Part shown: piece by piece, positions 1 to 14,267 of the stretch
Layout of the letters: each line of letters opens with the position of its first letter
How positions within the stretch are numbered: position 1 is the stretch's first letter
Assembly: GCF_964204645.1 (NCBI RefSeq)
Contig: NC_134025.1
Span: 5,084,001-5,148,000 of the forward strand
Direction: 5' to 3'
From: Tubulanus polymorphus
Taxonomy: Eukaryota; Animalia; Nemertea
DNA: 64,000 nt
Notes under the pieces: model-generated
Told to the model about the DNA's origin: nothing
What the model saw: the letters and a program-made list of their open reading frames with translations, nothing else
The model's database searches: none
Translations under genes and position numbers: made by a program

Positions 1-2349
1 CTATATTTCCAGCACTTCAAAGTACAATATCGAATGAGCCATTATCTATAAAACAATCGTTACAGCCATACTTCAAAGTCCGTACGCGTTTTGATATTGT
101 GACACCTTAGCATCAGTATTTCAATATATTTATGAATATTTGATCCTAGTAGTGTCGATATGAACCGCGAATGATGAATAATTCAACATGGAACGTTTTC
201 CCACTTCATCTTCTCCAACTCTTCTTTTTCTTTTTCATTTATCCATAATATTCATTATCAATTGACCTCTAAATGGTCGCTTCGAAAGTATAGAAGAGTA
301 CATGTTAATAGGCGTTTCAAGTACGAAGGGTCTTATCGCCAAATACAATATATTTTCTAATAATGGATTAATAAAACACGTAAGACATAGACTCCAATAC
401 ATTTATTGTATAAGTTTTTCATATAAAAATGTAATTTTAGAATTTTCCCAGCTTCCTTGGCATTCTTGAAATGCGTATCGATTTGAAATTTCGTCATTAT
501 TGTAGGCATATTTACATAGCAATTTACGTTTCATGAATCTTACGCGCTTCACGAATCTTCTCAAGCGTATGTTTGATTATCAAGTATTCATAATACCTAA
601 GCAAATTTCCGATGAGATCTACACAAAACAGCCAATAGAAAGTACCTCCCAATGTCGTGCAGTCATCTGTTTCACTCAATACGTGGCTCACTAATAATTA
701 ATTCGATGATTTTGGCGAATCGCTTCTTCTTCGAATGACAAAAGGTCATACCGGAGTAACCAGAGTGAACACGCGTAGGCCACATTAATTAATCAATGCT
801 TTACATCTTAAATCTGATGAACATACTGCGGGTGTGCGGCTAAACAGACCTCTGGTCACATCATCACAAAAGATTCAAATTGATATCCCCTGATGCGTGT
901 ATATAACAGTTTCAACAAAACGTAAATAATGTATATTGAATTGTAGTAATATGAAGACCTGCTTTACTATTGTAAAGTGAGAAAGTGTTTTGAAAATTCT
1001 CTAATCATTCGTTGGCTTGATATAACCATCTATTCGAAATTTGTTTTAGAGTCCATGATACAATGTACGACTTATAAATCATCTAAGCCGTTCCATAGAT
1101 ATAAGTTAATCAAACGCCCGCAGAGGTTGAAGTCATTTATATTGATTTTTTAAAATGAGTAATGTAAATCATATCGAAAACCGAGTGTTCAAGAATATTA
1201 TATTATATATATATTTAGAATATATAGTTAGAATATCAAGAATTTTTTCAAATACCAATCGTGTCAATCGTTGTGGTAGTCAACGCGTGGGATATGCACC
1301 AGAGAAGACCTTAAGAACAAGCTACAAAGAAGCATTCGGACTTATACACGTGGAAAATCGGAAAGAAACTTAAACAACGGACAATGTGATCTTAGTTCTT
1401 TGTAAATTCTATGTATGAAATCAGGCAGTTAACAAAAACCAAACCCCTCAGTCGCTAGAAGGTTCAGAAACCGGAACTGAAATTTACATTTATTTTCTTC
1501 GAATCAAACCAGAAATTCTGGACCTTTTATATTTCTTACTCCACATTCAAAATTTAAGTCCCCTGTATGTTTCCCGGCAGGTGAGTCGGGTTTGTAAGGG
1601 GACACATTAGATAAATAAGAGATTGACAATATGAGAGTAAGTACTATGAGATCACGTTAATGAATTATAAGCTATTAAGTCAGCCAATTATACATTTGCT
1701 ATTTACTAAATTGAAACTAGTTCCTTGAAGTTTCATCACTTTTTCAAGTGTCAATTCATTTAATATACCGTTCACGAAAGTTTCCGAAAGTGAGCAGATT
1801 AATGTAAAATCTGTCTGCTGTCGGTGACCAAAAATCGATTCTATTGGAAGAAAGAAAAACGACGATTAATCTTTTCATTGTTCATTAACTGCGCATATAT
1901 ATCTGAATAACCTGTGCGGCACCAACAGATGGGTACGTATGTTGACAATCGAAAACGAAAGCTGTGAGCGAAGCAGCCATTTATTTACGTGTCAAGATTT
2001 GATAAATACGTTATACAATATGTTAGTGAACAACGAAATAGGCGTTTTTTTATAAAACAACCAAATTCATTTTTGAATAGATATTGCACTAGTTGTTTTA
2101 TAGCATTGTTGCAAGTTTTTTTTGCCAACAAAAGAAAATAATTTGATTGACCACGTGCCAAATTGCGTTCGTGTTGATCAGAAATTTGTCCGTGGAATGA
2201 AATGAATTGTCAAACATTTAATGAGGATTTGATTAGAACTTGGAATGAAAATTCATGCTTCGAAAATATGAAAAGTAATTTTAGCACTTCGTCGCGAAAT
2301 GTATATTGTTGAAATAAACTAGGCATGTAATTTATCAAAGTACGCTTAC

Positions 2350-2680
2350 CTATTGTCGAAACAACGGTTCCCACAAAATAGAAAGAGCCCGAAAAGTCCC
2401 AGCGCATTCGTTTATGCTCCAAAAATCCAGCAGTAGTCGCTTCTGAATGTAATTCCAACAGTTCAAATAACTCCGTTTGATTTATATCCTGGTAACGCTT
2501 AATGAAGCTATTCAGAGACTGCAGGTAATTTTTCCGTTCTAGGATCTCATTGTCCCGTTCCAAGAACACAAATAACGTCGCCCCAAACAGCATGTAGATG
2601 ATAAGCACAACCGCCAGAAGAAAAAAACGGGCATTGTCTTCCCTCAAGTTCAAACGAGCGCAACAGCCGACGTGGTTCAT
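2350..2680 (-). CDS. KCNK13: K2P potassium channel THIK (KCNK13/12-like), first coding exon, proximal copy A (N-terminus, M1, cap, P1 helix); remaining exons lie left of the window
   Basis: Translation has LNLREDNARFFLLA and RWDFSGSFYFVGTVVSTIG, characteristic of THIK channels; ends at phase-1 donor ATAG|GTAAGC at 2350/2349. Confidence 0.9.
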
Positions 2681-2845
2681 TCTTATCGGACGAAGTTCTT
2701 GTTAAAATCCGACAAATGCGACGTCATAACGAGTGAAGAAAATTAACCTGACGCATTCAGTCACTCGATGGAATTCAAACTTGCATAGATTTTCTAGTGA
2801 GGCGAACTAGGCAAGTAATACATACCACTCGACACCAGTCCAGTC

Positions 2846-2870
2846 AGAGAGAGAGAGAGAGAGAGAGAGA
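2846..2870. repeat. (AG)12 microsatellite upstream of K2P exon A
   Basis: Pure AG run seen directly. Confidence 0.95.
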
Positions 2871-5800
2871 AAGTCATCATAATTGTTGACGATGTGTCTG
2901 ATGAAGTTACGATCCTCGAGCACCGTCCGATCAGTGACAACGGTGAATTAAAACAGCCATGTCCGTGAGAGTTGACGACAACGTGCGAGCATTGTTTCTA
3001 TAGAAACTACACATTAATATCTAGCGAGAAAACCATTGGACTGTTTGGGAAAATCGAGAGCCAATTTTGACATGTTTTTGCTCCATATCATATTCGACTA
3101 GATGGTGGCCCGCATGTGAACCTGGTGTTAGTGCGATTAATATGTGAATAATATTAATAATAATATTATCGATAATGTCGATCGGTAGGCAGATGCAAGT
3201 CGTATATCTATAAAATGAAGTGGCAGATGTTTTTTCCTGGGAATACGATACAATATGATCTACGTAGCCATCATTTGATTATAGTCGTGAGCGGTATTTG
3301 AAAAAAAAAATTGCCTACAATGATTAAGAGGTGAACGGATGCCACTTACGTATTGTTAATATGTTTTTTTTCCAGTGAAAATCCTGCACATAAAACATCT
3401 ACACCAAATTATACTGAATATATACATTTTTTGATTGACGCTTCGATTGCGAGCTTCGTCATATTCTTATCCAACTTGTTTGAATATATCTTTCATCGAA
3501 AGACCATTATTGTTATGATTATCTTCCGATGGATTGTAGATCATAATCAACGCATTTATCATCTTGGCCTCCAGAGTTCTCTCGCAAACAGCGCGTTTCC
3601 GGTTTAGTTAATTAATGGCAGCGCATTTTTCAAGTAAGCGATTGGAAGCTATGATCGGCTCCTAGCAAACACCATAGACGTCGCTGACAAGAAATGTAAA
3701 TAAAGTTCTGATTTTTACGGTACACTCTCAATATCTCGTCATCAATTATTTACATCAGTCACACCGATTTCTCATAACTACTGTTGTATGGAGGGTAACG
3801 TTAGAATTTATAAATCAGTAGAATCATGACGGTTTACATTTGAAGCAACGATATTTGTATAGAGCTGATTAATTTCTTCAGTAAGATATGCCAATATATT
3901 TTCTATGGTCGCATTATTCACAATCTCAAAGTACCACAGTTCTATGTTATTTATTGTTCATTTCCATATGTTGATTAATATTGAGTGAAATCATAACGTA
4001 GATATTTCGAACTGGATCTTTGACTGTATCTCGTAACAATGATATGTCGAAGCTTTCTTATGCTACTGTTCTTTCACCAAATTTCGAGCGTAGAAAAACT
4101 GATTATCACATACGTATGAAAGTAGATTACAAAAACAGATTTAGATTATATCAATAGTTAGTACTAAGAGTGTCCAAAACGTTACGTGAATTTCATGCCC
4201 CTTTTTCGAATCCTGCATTAATAAAAATATCTTACGAACTACTTTCAAAGTTAGTCGTAGATATCGTAGAGCACGGCGGTGCAGATTACAAAAACAGTTG
4301 CTCCAAAAGCGATCACAAAATTTCAGTTATCAACTAGTCACCAATTTTTTCACCATCAAGTAACACTCGAAATGTAGGTTAAGTTACAATGGAAGAAACG
4401 ATCGATTTTTCAATCAATGATTTGCTGCATAGTACCACATACAGCCTCAACAAAATGATCGTGCTTTTTCGCAAAATCTGTATGGCACATCATCAATAAA
4501 TTACCAAGGTTCGCATTGATAGATCTCAGCCCAATTATGCGATAGTTAGAAAAAAGTGTGGTCGCTTTCCCTAGGCTGGAATATGCTAGAATCCTGGCAT
4601 TCCGTCAACCATCACGCGATTACGTACGTGACGTCTAGTGAACGGTACGCTCTAGACCTTATTAGGAAACAAATCATCATTGACGTCTTGGTTTATCTCG
4701 GTCGTCGATAAGACCGCACGGCGCTTCAAAAATAATTCTGACTACTTTCGGTTCTTCAAACGCTTTTTATCAATGGAAAAGGTTGTGATCTACATTTCGT
4801 ATTGTGTCCGAGTTGTTATAAGTACATACTGTGAGGACACAGTTCGGGAATTCTGATTACAATCAGTCAAGGCACGGAAAATGGATTTTTTATCGATATG
4901 TATATGAATGAAATTTCCACTTTTGGGAATATGGAACCGAGCATTATATAGCTGTAAGCCAGATTTGCCTTCTCCCACCAGATACAAATTCATCCGTAAT
5001 GTTTGGCTTCGCAATTCGCCGCCCGCACCAATTTCATCGTTTAGCCAGAGTCGATATCAAGCAAATAATGAAGGGAAAAAATATATATGATTTACCACCA
5101 AGAAGCCACATTAAATTCATCGCTAGCGCGCTGTCTTATTTCTAGGGTTTCACGTGGGACGCGGTATAATCTATTTCGTTCCCGCATATTTGGCGCCATG
5201 ATAGATGAAAATAACCTTAAACACGAACGTCGTCAACGTAGCTGTAAATGCGTAGTACGGATTTTTTTTTAATAGATAATTCTGATCAAGTCTTGTCGGT
5301 TTTTCAATGCGGTATGTATGATATAGTTATTTTTCCACTAACTTGTAAAATAGATTCAACACAGTTCAACCGTTGTTTGCGAATCCACCGTTTGGGCCTC
5401 ATAATCACAATCACTTAATAACCAAAAATATACTTGATTTCATTAAGTTATTATCTCTTTTAGATCATTATCACGTTGATCATGAAGAAAGTAAAGGTAA
5501 TACAGATTTTTCTACATAAAAAAAAAAATAAAACGTTTATGGCAGATAAAAGCTGCATATTGAGCTGGAATATATGATTTATGTTTGACTAGTACGGCTT
5601 TCTATCACAATGGCTGACATGTTATCAAGTGATGCAAGCTGCTCCTGCGTAACAGCAAGCTTTATTAGTTTTGCGCACTATTTTCATTTAATAACAGAAG
5701 ATTTTTTATAATCTTATCACCATGAGGTATATGTGGCGCTTGTAAATAGAACGGCCTTGTCAGCTGTTACGCCAGGTCATAGTTAATTCTACATAAATGT

Positions 5801-8800
5801 ATATAAAATAATTTCGCATTATGAAATGAATACGAGGTTTATGAACTTAGATTCGCTCATCTATAAAAGTGCAAGCAATCTACATATGTGTACTCATAGT
5901 ACCATTAAATGAAACATAGACTTGAGGACCTTTATCCGCACACCATCTGGAATATAACACTCTAAAAGCACACATGCTAATCTAAATCTCAATACGAAAA
6001 AGTGGCTCTCAAATAATCAATGATACGTGAATTACGTTGATATCTTTACACTTAACGCAATTCAAAAAATCCCATCAATGGGTCTTAATAAATATTATCC
6101 ACGATGAATGATTTTTTCATCCATGGAATGAGTCAGTTGGATATGATTGCTATCAGGTTTGGTGTGAAGTGGTTATCAGATGACTAGCCGTCTCTATCTA
6201 TCCTTCAAGTCGACGGCAATCTCAGCTCCCCTTGATGATGGGTGCATCCGGGAAACGTTGCGGCTTCTTTTAAAATTCTAAGCCCGAGGCCAGTTATAGG
6301 GACGAATCACTAATGTATTTATATTCATGTTATTATCGCAGAAATTGACTTATGTTGAAAATAAAAGCTTTCAAATGTTTGATATTTGGGTGAATTTCAA
6401 AAATGAATGAATGAAGTGAATGAAAAAAATTAGATTTCTATTGATTCTTTTGTCTATCTCAGTACAACCAACGACAACCCGTTTGAAATGCGTAAATACG
6501 GTGAAGTCGTCTTCACAATCGAAAATCAAGTGGCGATCTGATCGAAATTGATCGATCTATCTTACATCGTTTGATTGTCGGCTTTGTCGTTATCGAGAGC
6601 TGCTTTGAAATCGTATATATCACCCCTTTGCCTTTATCATGAGCATCGAATTTCTGTCGCCATATATCGAACGTGGATGTACACGGCGCAAATTTATTGG
6701 AATATTTTCTGCTATCTGGTTAACAACTACGCGACATCTGCTGTAGTTTTGCCAAATTAAGCATCTATTCAACCTGCTCCTAATGGCACAGCAGCGCGGC
6801 AGCGTTACATAGCTATAAATTATACCATACTTTATAGCGATACTGTCGGCAGTACAGAACCCTTGAGCTGGATGATCTGATTTTTCAATGTAACATTATC
6901 CGAGATCTTTTTTCAGAATCTCCGTAAGTCAATTCCTAAAGAAGAGAAACTAATGTTTATAATAATCTGAAAAAACCGCTTCAAAGCATCATTTCTGATT
7001 TTGATAATGGATCTCAGATAATCATAATCCCGGGTATAAATCATAATACAAATCTTTTAATTTTTCTACTTTTCTACGTTTTTCTATTGTGTATATTGGA
7101 TTCGTTGTGACATTAAGAAATATATGGTCTTTGTATGTGTCTTGTGGAAAAGAAACTAGTTTAGTTTTGATAGTAATTTCCGTTAGTTTTCCCATTTCGA
7201 ACCCAATGTGACATACCAATGCCTATTTAGTGATAGCTTAAAGTTTTTTTATCCTTCCTTCGCTAGTAAGATCAAAACCTGAATTTCCAACCAGGTGACA
7301 TTTTAACGTCGCCACTATTCATATCTCATCGCATTTCAGAACACAAAACAAGTCGATTCAATAAGAAATCCGTTTGTTTCAGTAATAATACCGTCGTCAT
7401 CATGCTAACATCTGAAAATAGTCGTATGCGATTGAAAACTCGTTATGATTGATTACTAGCGTCATTCCGTTAAAAACAACACCCGTGGTAGGAGAAAACA
7501 GGTATGTCCCCGGAAATATATCCATCATGTCCTGGATGATAGGTTTTATATCCCCCAGCGGTTTGGGTCGCTTAAGATAATGCTGGCTGTATCTCATCAA
7601 ACGGTTTATTTATATCTTTAACAATTGCTGTATTGGATCTTCGAGAATGGGAGAATGCTCTTGAAAGTACAATTATCAGCAAAATAGGTTATTCGTCGTT
7701 AAGTGCTTCGATTATTTGTTGGTCTCATTTCGAGATTCACGGTTACAGTACTAGAATATTGGGTGTGGCTCCCCGATTTATCAGAAGTAATTGTTAGAGA
7801 TCCTTACGTTAAGCAGAATATTGCCTTAGTTAAGAAAATCAGCCGGTACCGATGGACAAGTGAGAAGCAGACAACAAACGGAATACTATTATCATCCGGG
7901 TGATTGAAAACGACCTCATATCAGGACTGTTTACCATATCACGGTGTCAAAAGCATTCAGCAGTAACGCTGCCTCGAGTAATTCCTTTTTCATCATTCAG
8001 CAATAAACCACACGTACATAAAGGAAGCGCTGTATTAATTATGGGCCAACGACAGGGATATAGACTATAATTATATCCTAATATGATATAGCATTAAATG
8101 TGTGCATCGTTGGATGGCAAATAAATGAGAACATTCTTTGAAGTTGGCGAGCTAGTCGGCGTAACTGCTTAACATGTTTCGGGTGCTTATTAGTATATAG
8201 CCGTACTCGCGATGCGTGTGACCCTCCGCCAGTATACTTAACCTTTAATCAGTCGGCGCAAATGCTTCAATCTCCACACGGCCATAAACAAATCAGAAAC
8301 AAATTACCGATGGACGTGACGTGCAAAAAATGCTTCGTACCATTAGAAAAAAAGAATATTGTATCAAGAATTTCGGCGAGGGAGGTGAATAAAGATAGGA
8401 GTAGAATCTTCAAGACCATCTTATTTATCTATTAATCAGAAACATATAAGCAATACGTAACAAAATTATGATCATTATTTTCCACACTGAAGCAGATTCA
8501 TCAACTGTCATACTCGGTAGAGGTGAAAACTGGTCACGTTACAATTCACGCTGTATATGGCTTATTGGAAGCCTAATTGAATTTTACGCGATTCCATTAC
8601 GAATTTCGTCTCCAATATATATAACAGTGGGGATAATCTTACTTGAGAATTGTACTGCCACGAGCATGGCCATTTGTCAAGCAGAAACCGATTATAGAAT
8701 TCGAATTCATGGCCGTGGAACTAATTACGAGACCAGTCCATATATATTGTATTTCATCATTAGCGCATAGTGGTGCATTTCTCCTTATACATTAAGTCAA

Positions 8801-9364
8801 TCGTGCGTATGCAAATCAAATCTCATTATATTGAATCTAAATTATTGGTTAAAAGGGTTGATAATAAGTTCAAAAAGGGTAATTTTAAGCCAAAATTTAA
8901 ATAAATTCTCATATTTTCACAATGTTTTTTAAGAAAGCGCCGATATGCAGAAATCAGAACGTGTTTACTCGAATAGTCGACAATAAGTCCAATGCTTATT
9001 ACCGGAGATAACGTAATATTCAAAATCGTTAAAATTCTCTTTGATACACAATACGGCTGATGTCATGACAGATTTTTACCTCTAAGTCATGAGGTATGAA
9101 ACATACATATCGAGATTGATGTTGAGTCGAACTCAAGGGGTGTTGTATTTCCTTTCTTTTTGTATCGTGCCACGTTGACGACCGTGACGTCGACTATTGA
9201 ATAGTTACGCCTACAAATCTGACAATTTTCAATGAATTCCTGATTAATTTTGGCTGCTGTAATTAACACTGTGTGAAAGAGGATGGACAATGCTGTACTT
9301 ACACAACAACTGAGTGAACGGCATTGCTGAAAGTATTAATTTAAGATTGATCTATAAAACCTAC

Positions 9365-9728
9365 CTATGGTTGAAACCACTGTGCCAACGAAGTAGAAAG
9401 ATCCAGCGAAGTCCCATCGCCTACGCTTATCGACAAGAAGACCAGTCACACTCGCTTCGGCGTGTAAATTCAAAAACTCCTGAAACTCCGTCTTGTTTAG
9501 ATGCGGGTTGTTCTCGTGGAATTTCTCCAGTGCTTCATAATATTTATTCCTTTCGACAATTTCGTTTTGCCTCTCTAGAAACATGAAGACGGTGGCACCG
9601 CTGACCATGTAAATACACATAACAATTGCTAAAAGTATGAATCTTGCGTTATCCTCAGTAAGGTGGAGATAAGCGCAGCACCCCTTTCTACGACGGGGAA
9701 CTGTTTGCCGAAATCTTCTTTTAGCCAT
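9365..9728 (-). CDS. KCNK13: K2P THIK (KCNK13/12-like), first coding exon, distal copy B
   Basis: HLTEDNARFILLA ... RWDFAGSFYFVGTVVSTIG; same phase-1 donor position (ATAG|GTAGGT at 9365/9364) as copy A. Confidence 0.9.
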
Positions 9729-10256
9729 TATCTATTCGGCATACCACCTAGAATCGAATGGGAAAACACGGTATGAAACACCGATATGAAATACTATTGT
9801 GTTAATGCAACCCACTACTACAACTGGTAATAACATATTTTGTCGTCTTGCTCGTGATGAATCTCTCCATCAAGTATCGTTGCACCGGTAAGATGACGGT
9901 GCACTGAAAGTGATAGACGACAACGGGCACGCGAGTTATTACAACGCTCTCACCATCGTTTAGTAACCTTTGCAAAAATATCGGAATCTTTAATCCCAAC
10001 GACATTAGTCCGCTATCAAGGAAAACATATTAAAGATTTTCGACCTGCAACTGCTTAGAGCGAATCATTATAACCTCGGAAAAACGTTGTTGATCCGTGA
10101 TTGGCGATGAAAATCAGTGTAGAGCTCAACCAGTTATAATACGCATAAAAAGGCTGTGAGCTTATAAGCTTCACATTGATAAATATGTACGTTGATTTGA
10201 CTTATAGCCTCGGGATGTGGTGTAAAACCACGCCTAATTTTCTGTATAGATGCTGT

Positions 10257-10270
10257 GTTGCTATAGCAAC
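10257..10270. promoter_or_regulatory. RFX X-box-like perfect palindrome GTTGCTATAGCAAC
   Basis: 14-bp palindrome matching the RFX consensus, lying between the divergent K2P exon B and TMEM229B. Confidence 0.55.
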
Positions 10271-11431
10271 GAAAATAACAAACCAAAAAGTTACCTATCA
10301 AAATTAATCCTTGGACAAATCTTTAGACACTGTTAACAAATGCTTTTATAGGTATAATGAAAATTGATTTTAAAATGAAAAATGAAATTGATATATCTAA
10401 AATCTTTTGATTAATACACTCAAATATTTTTAATTGGTATATCTAAGATATTTGAAAATCTAAAGATTAGATTGCTGAATATGAATTGCCTCGATTGATT
10501 AATGATTTATATTATCAGTAATAATATGTTGTAAACAAACAGAAATATTTACACTACTCGTTCAAACGATTTTCAATTCGATGATCGAAAGCCTGTGAAC
10601 TTCCTAAGAAAAACTTCCTAAGAAAATCCGATGATTCTGAATTGAGATAGTACCGAATATCTGGATTCTTCAAAAGTAAATATAATTTCTAAATTTAAAA
10701 GAAAAATTTTACGAGAACTAGGCCTGCTGGTAGCCTACGTCTGAATTGGAAGAGCCCATGAATTTGATTCTTCAAACAGACATTTTTCAAATTCGACGGC
10801 CTTATCGATTTTATAAACATATACTTATCACAAACAAAAGGTTACCGGTGCTACATAAACTAAGACTAACGAGAGAAAAGGGATGCAATACGGAAGCAGA
10901 GCTAAGGAATTTTGAGATTTAAGAGAAATATAAGCAGCAAGTTTTTTCTCTTATTATCGTCGTCATCACTGCATCATCAGATTTGTTACTTTGCACCTAG
11001 CCCATCCTCACAGGGTGGGTGTTAAACTATTTCTGTCACAGAATGGTACCGAATGAAAAAATGTGTAAAATTCCGAATCGATTAGCACTTAATTTTTCCT
11101 AGAACAAGTGGATGGCCTTTTCTTCCCTAGGAAAAAGATCGTACTCCTTATCGCCCTGGCAAGCAAAAACCGAAGTATATTCGTCCACTAGGTGGTGTTC
11201 TTGTCGATTAATGAAACGTTATAGACTCTAAAGAAAAAAACCTCGTAAGGAAGAGCCATTACGAAGCACTCAAACATTTTAATCGTAAAAGGTACCTTTG
11301 ACGGATTTTGGAAAAATATTTATTTCAGTTTATTGTCAATCAACAGCTCAATATCTAAAATCAATTTATTAGGCCTACATTAATTTAAAATTGGTTGACA
11401 AATCGTTCTCCAATCTTCCCAACCAATCCAA

Positions 11432-11885
11432 GGGTCATCCTTATTACCGAGATGATGTATTTTACCGAGATGAACCGAGATCAACCGAGATGAAATTAAA
11501 TATAACATATCTATTTATTCCTTATCGATTTTAACACTTGAAATCACGTTATATCAGTAATAAATACCTCCTAGAGTCATATTTTACATATTTTTTTATT
11601 TAAAAAAATTTTGACTCAAAAAACGTAAACTCGGTTAGCAATAAAATTTCATTGAATTTGATTGATCGACGATCTCATCTCGGTAAAGTTAAAAGTTATT
11701 TTTCCAAAAATATCCGACAAAATATGTAAACTATGAACCCAGCAGGCATTTATTACTGATATAATATGATTTCAATGGTTAAAATCGATATGGAAGGAAT
11801 AAATAAATATGTTATATTTAATTTCATCTCGGTTGATCTCGGTTCATCTCGGTAAAATACATCATCTCGGTAATAAGGATGACCG
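11432..11885. mobile_element. Mutator-like MITE, 454 bp, ~160-bp terminal inverted repeats, 9-bp target site duplication
   Basis: GGTCATCCTTATTACCGAGATG... inverted at both ends; CCAATCCAA at 11423-11431 and 11886-11894; subterminal ACCGAGAT motif four times per arm. Confidence 0.85.
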
Positions 11886-12052
11886 CCAATCCAATCCCGG
11901 CAGAGCCCTGTCTTAACAACAATCTCACAAATAATTGAACTTACCTTTTGCCCTGGTTGCAAATATTTGTACATTAGCCATGATATTTTTTCATCTAAAA
12001 GTAGCTGATTTTGAAATACAAGTTTTGGGTTGTTCACCACAAGCTTAAGTGA

Positions 12053-12637
<585 letters not shown>

Positions 12638-14127
12638 GAAATAACATATCCACCTCTAGAGGTACTAATACCATAGGTTCATTAGAAATTTTGTCATTCA
12701 GGGGTCATTTTGAGAAATTACAAGTAGGCTAAATATTGGCTCGAAAGTGATCCAGCTAATAATATATAAGAAAATGTACTTTTGTATCATACTCTGCTAG
12801 CCTGTCTATACTCATATCTAATACCCGGGTTACGCGTCTAAACTACGTTTGAAACACGGGTTTTCAACAAAACCTAGGTTTTAGAAACCTTTCTTGAAAA
12901 TGAAGAGTTTAAACCTGCATCAGGCTCTGCATTTTTGCTAGTATAGACGATAAACTTGTGTTCAATGCAGCGTTCGAGAGTCGACCTAGAACTTGAACTA
13001 TGGATCTGGACCCAAGTTTTTTGGTATTTGAGAGAAGTTTTTCCAGTGAGATTGCAATGGGTATATTTGTTTATGAAATAAATCAGTGGTCCACTCTTTC
13101 AGTAGCTTAATTCCGGTAAATTCAAAACCTAATCAAAATTTCAACTCGCCTAAAAGAAACTTGATCTGTGTCTTATATAACATTTTCTTAGTGATTTTAC
13201 TACAAGAAAAGTAGCCTCTGTAGCCTTTTATTCTAGTCTTAATCCTATATTGTCATTCAGCTTTATCATTTAACTTTATGCATCTAATTGTTAGTTTGGT
13301 ATTTATGATAGTAGTCTCTAAAACTTTGACAATCCATTGTAACCGCATGTAATGATACATGTATTATAGGCCTATATGTTGTTGAATCTTTTTGCATCTA
13401 AATGTTTTTAACCTGAACTGATTAGCCTTAATCTTTTAATGTAAATGCTATAGCATTTTTATGATGGGTATTAATCACGTGTTTCATCTGTGAAGATATC
13501 TGCATTTAATATGGAATTTTGGATACATTTTCACTCCATGATGACCAAGAAATCCGTTTGTATCATCTATCAGCCTTTAATTAATACCTCATCGAGTCAG
13601 AATTTCTTGTAATTGCATTTATTCAGTTGTTAATACCTTGCCCCTGACAGCCTTTTCTGTTTATTCATTTCATTTGTTTAGTTTTGTGTACCCGCTATTG
13701 AGTTAGAGTGATTGGCTGTCATTTTGGTCACCGTTAGTAAGAAAAACAACTTTCCCGTCCCTGTAGCACCAATATATATTTTCTGTATTCCCAGGGTTGT
13801 TCATGGTTAGTTGATGTATATTGATCATTCCACGACAGATGTCACCAAGCTGTGTTCTTTCTTGGGGTTCTTTGCAAATAGCCTTGACACATTCAGATAT
13901 TTAATTACCGGGTAACTTTTAACGAATATGATTAATTTTTCTATCAATATTATTATGAATTTATTTCTATTTCAAAGACTAATGTAAATCTAGACTTTGA
14001 ATTTAATGATTACCGGTCTGATCGGCTTATATTATGAAATAGGTTTTCAGTGTACCAAGGATTTAGCTGAAGAACCGGTTTTCAATATATATACGTAGTT
14101 TATGTATTTAATACGAAGTTTTCCGAT

Positions 14128-14267
14128 TAGGGGAACCTCATTACAACGGATGTCAAGGGCTGAAATATTTCCTCAACCAACATTTCATCACACCCATGAA
14201 TGAATTTGGTTTGATAAGTCATTTTACTTTTATAAAGTCGTCCCGAAGTCATAATGAGATTCCACTG
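14128..14267. mobile_element. Degenerate Tc1/mariner(pogo)-type MITE
   Basis: GGAACCTCATTACAAC ... GTCATAATGAGATTCCACTG-TA inverted ends; related end CAGTGGAACCTC at ~15865. Confidence 0.5.

Noticed and set aside
7000-8050. Cluster of short ORFs considered as a missing K2P exon 2 or retroelement relic
   Set aside because: No G(F/Y)G pore continuation, transmembrane pattern or RT motif recognisable
11183-11197. CTCF-like motif CCACTAGGTGGTG (and CGACTAGATGGTG near 3095)
   Set aside because: Short imperfect matches expected by chance; not supportable without binding data
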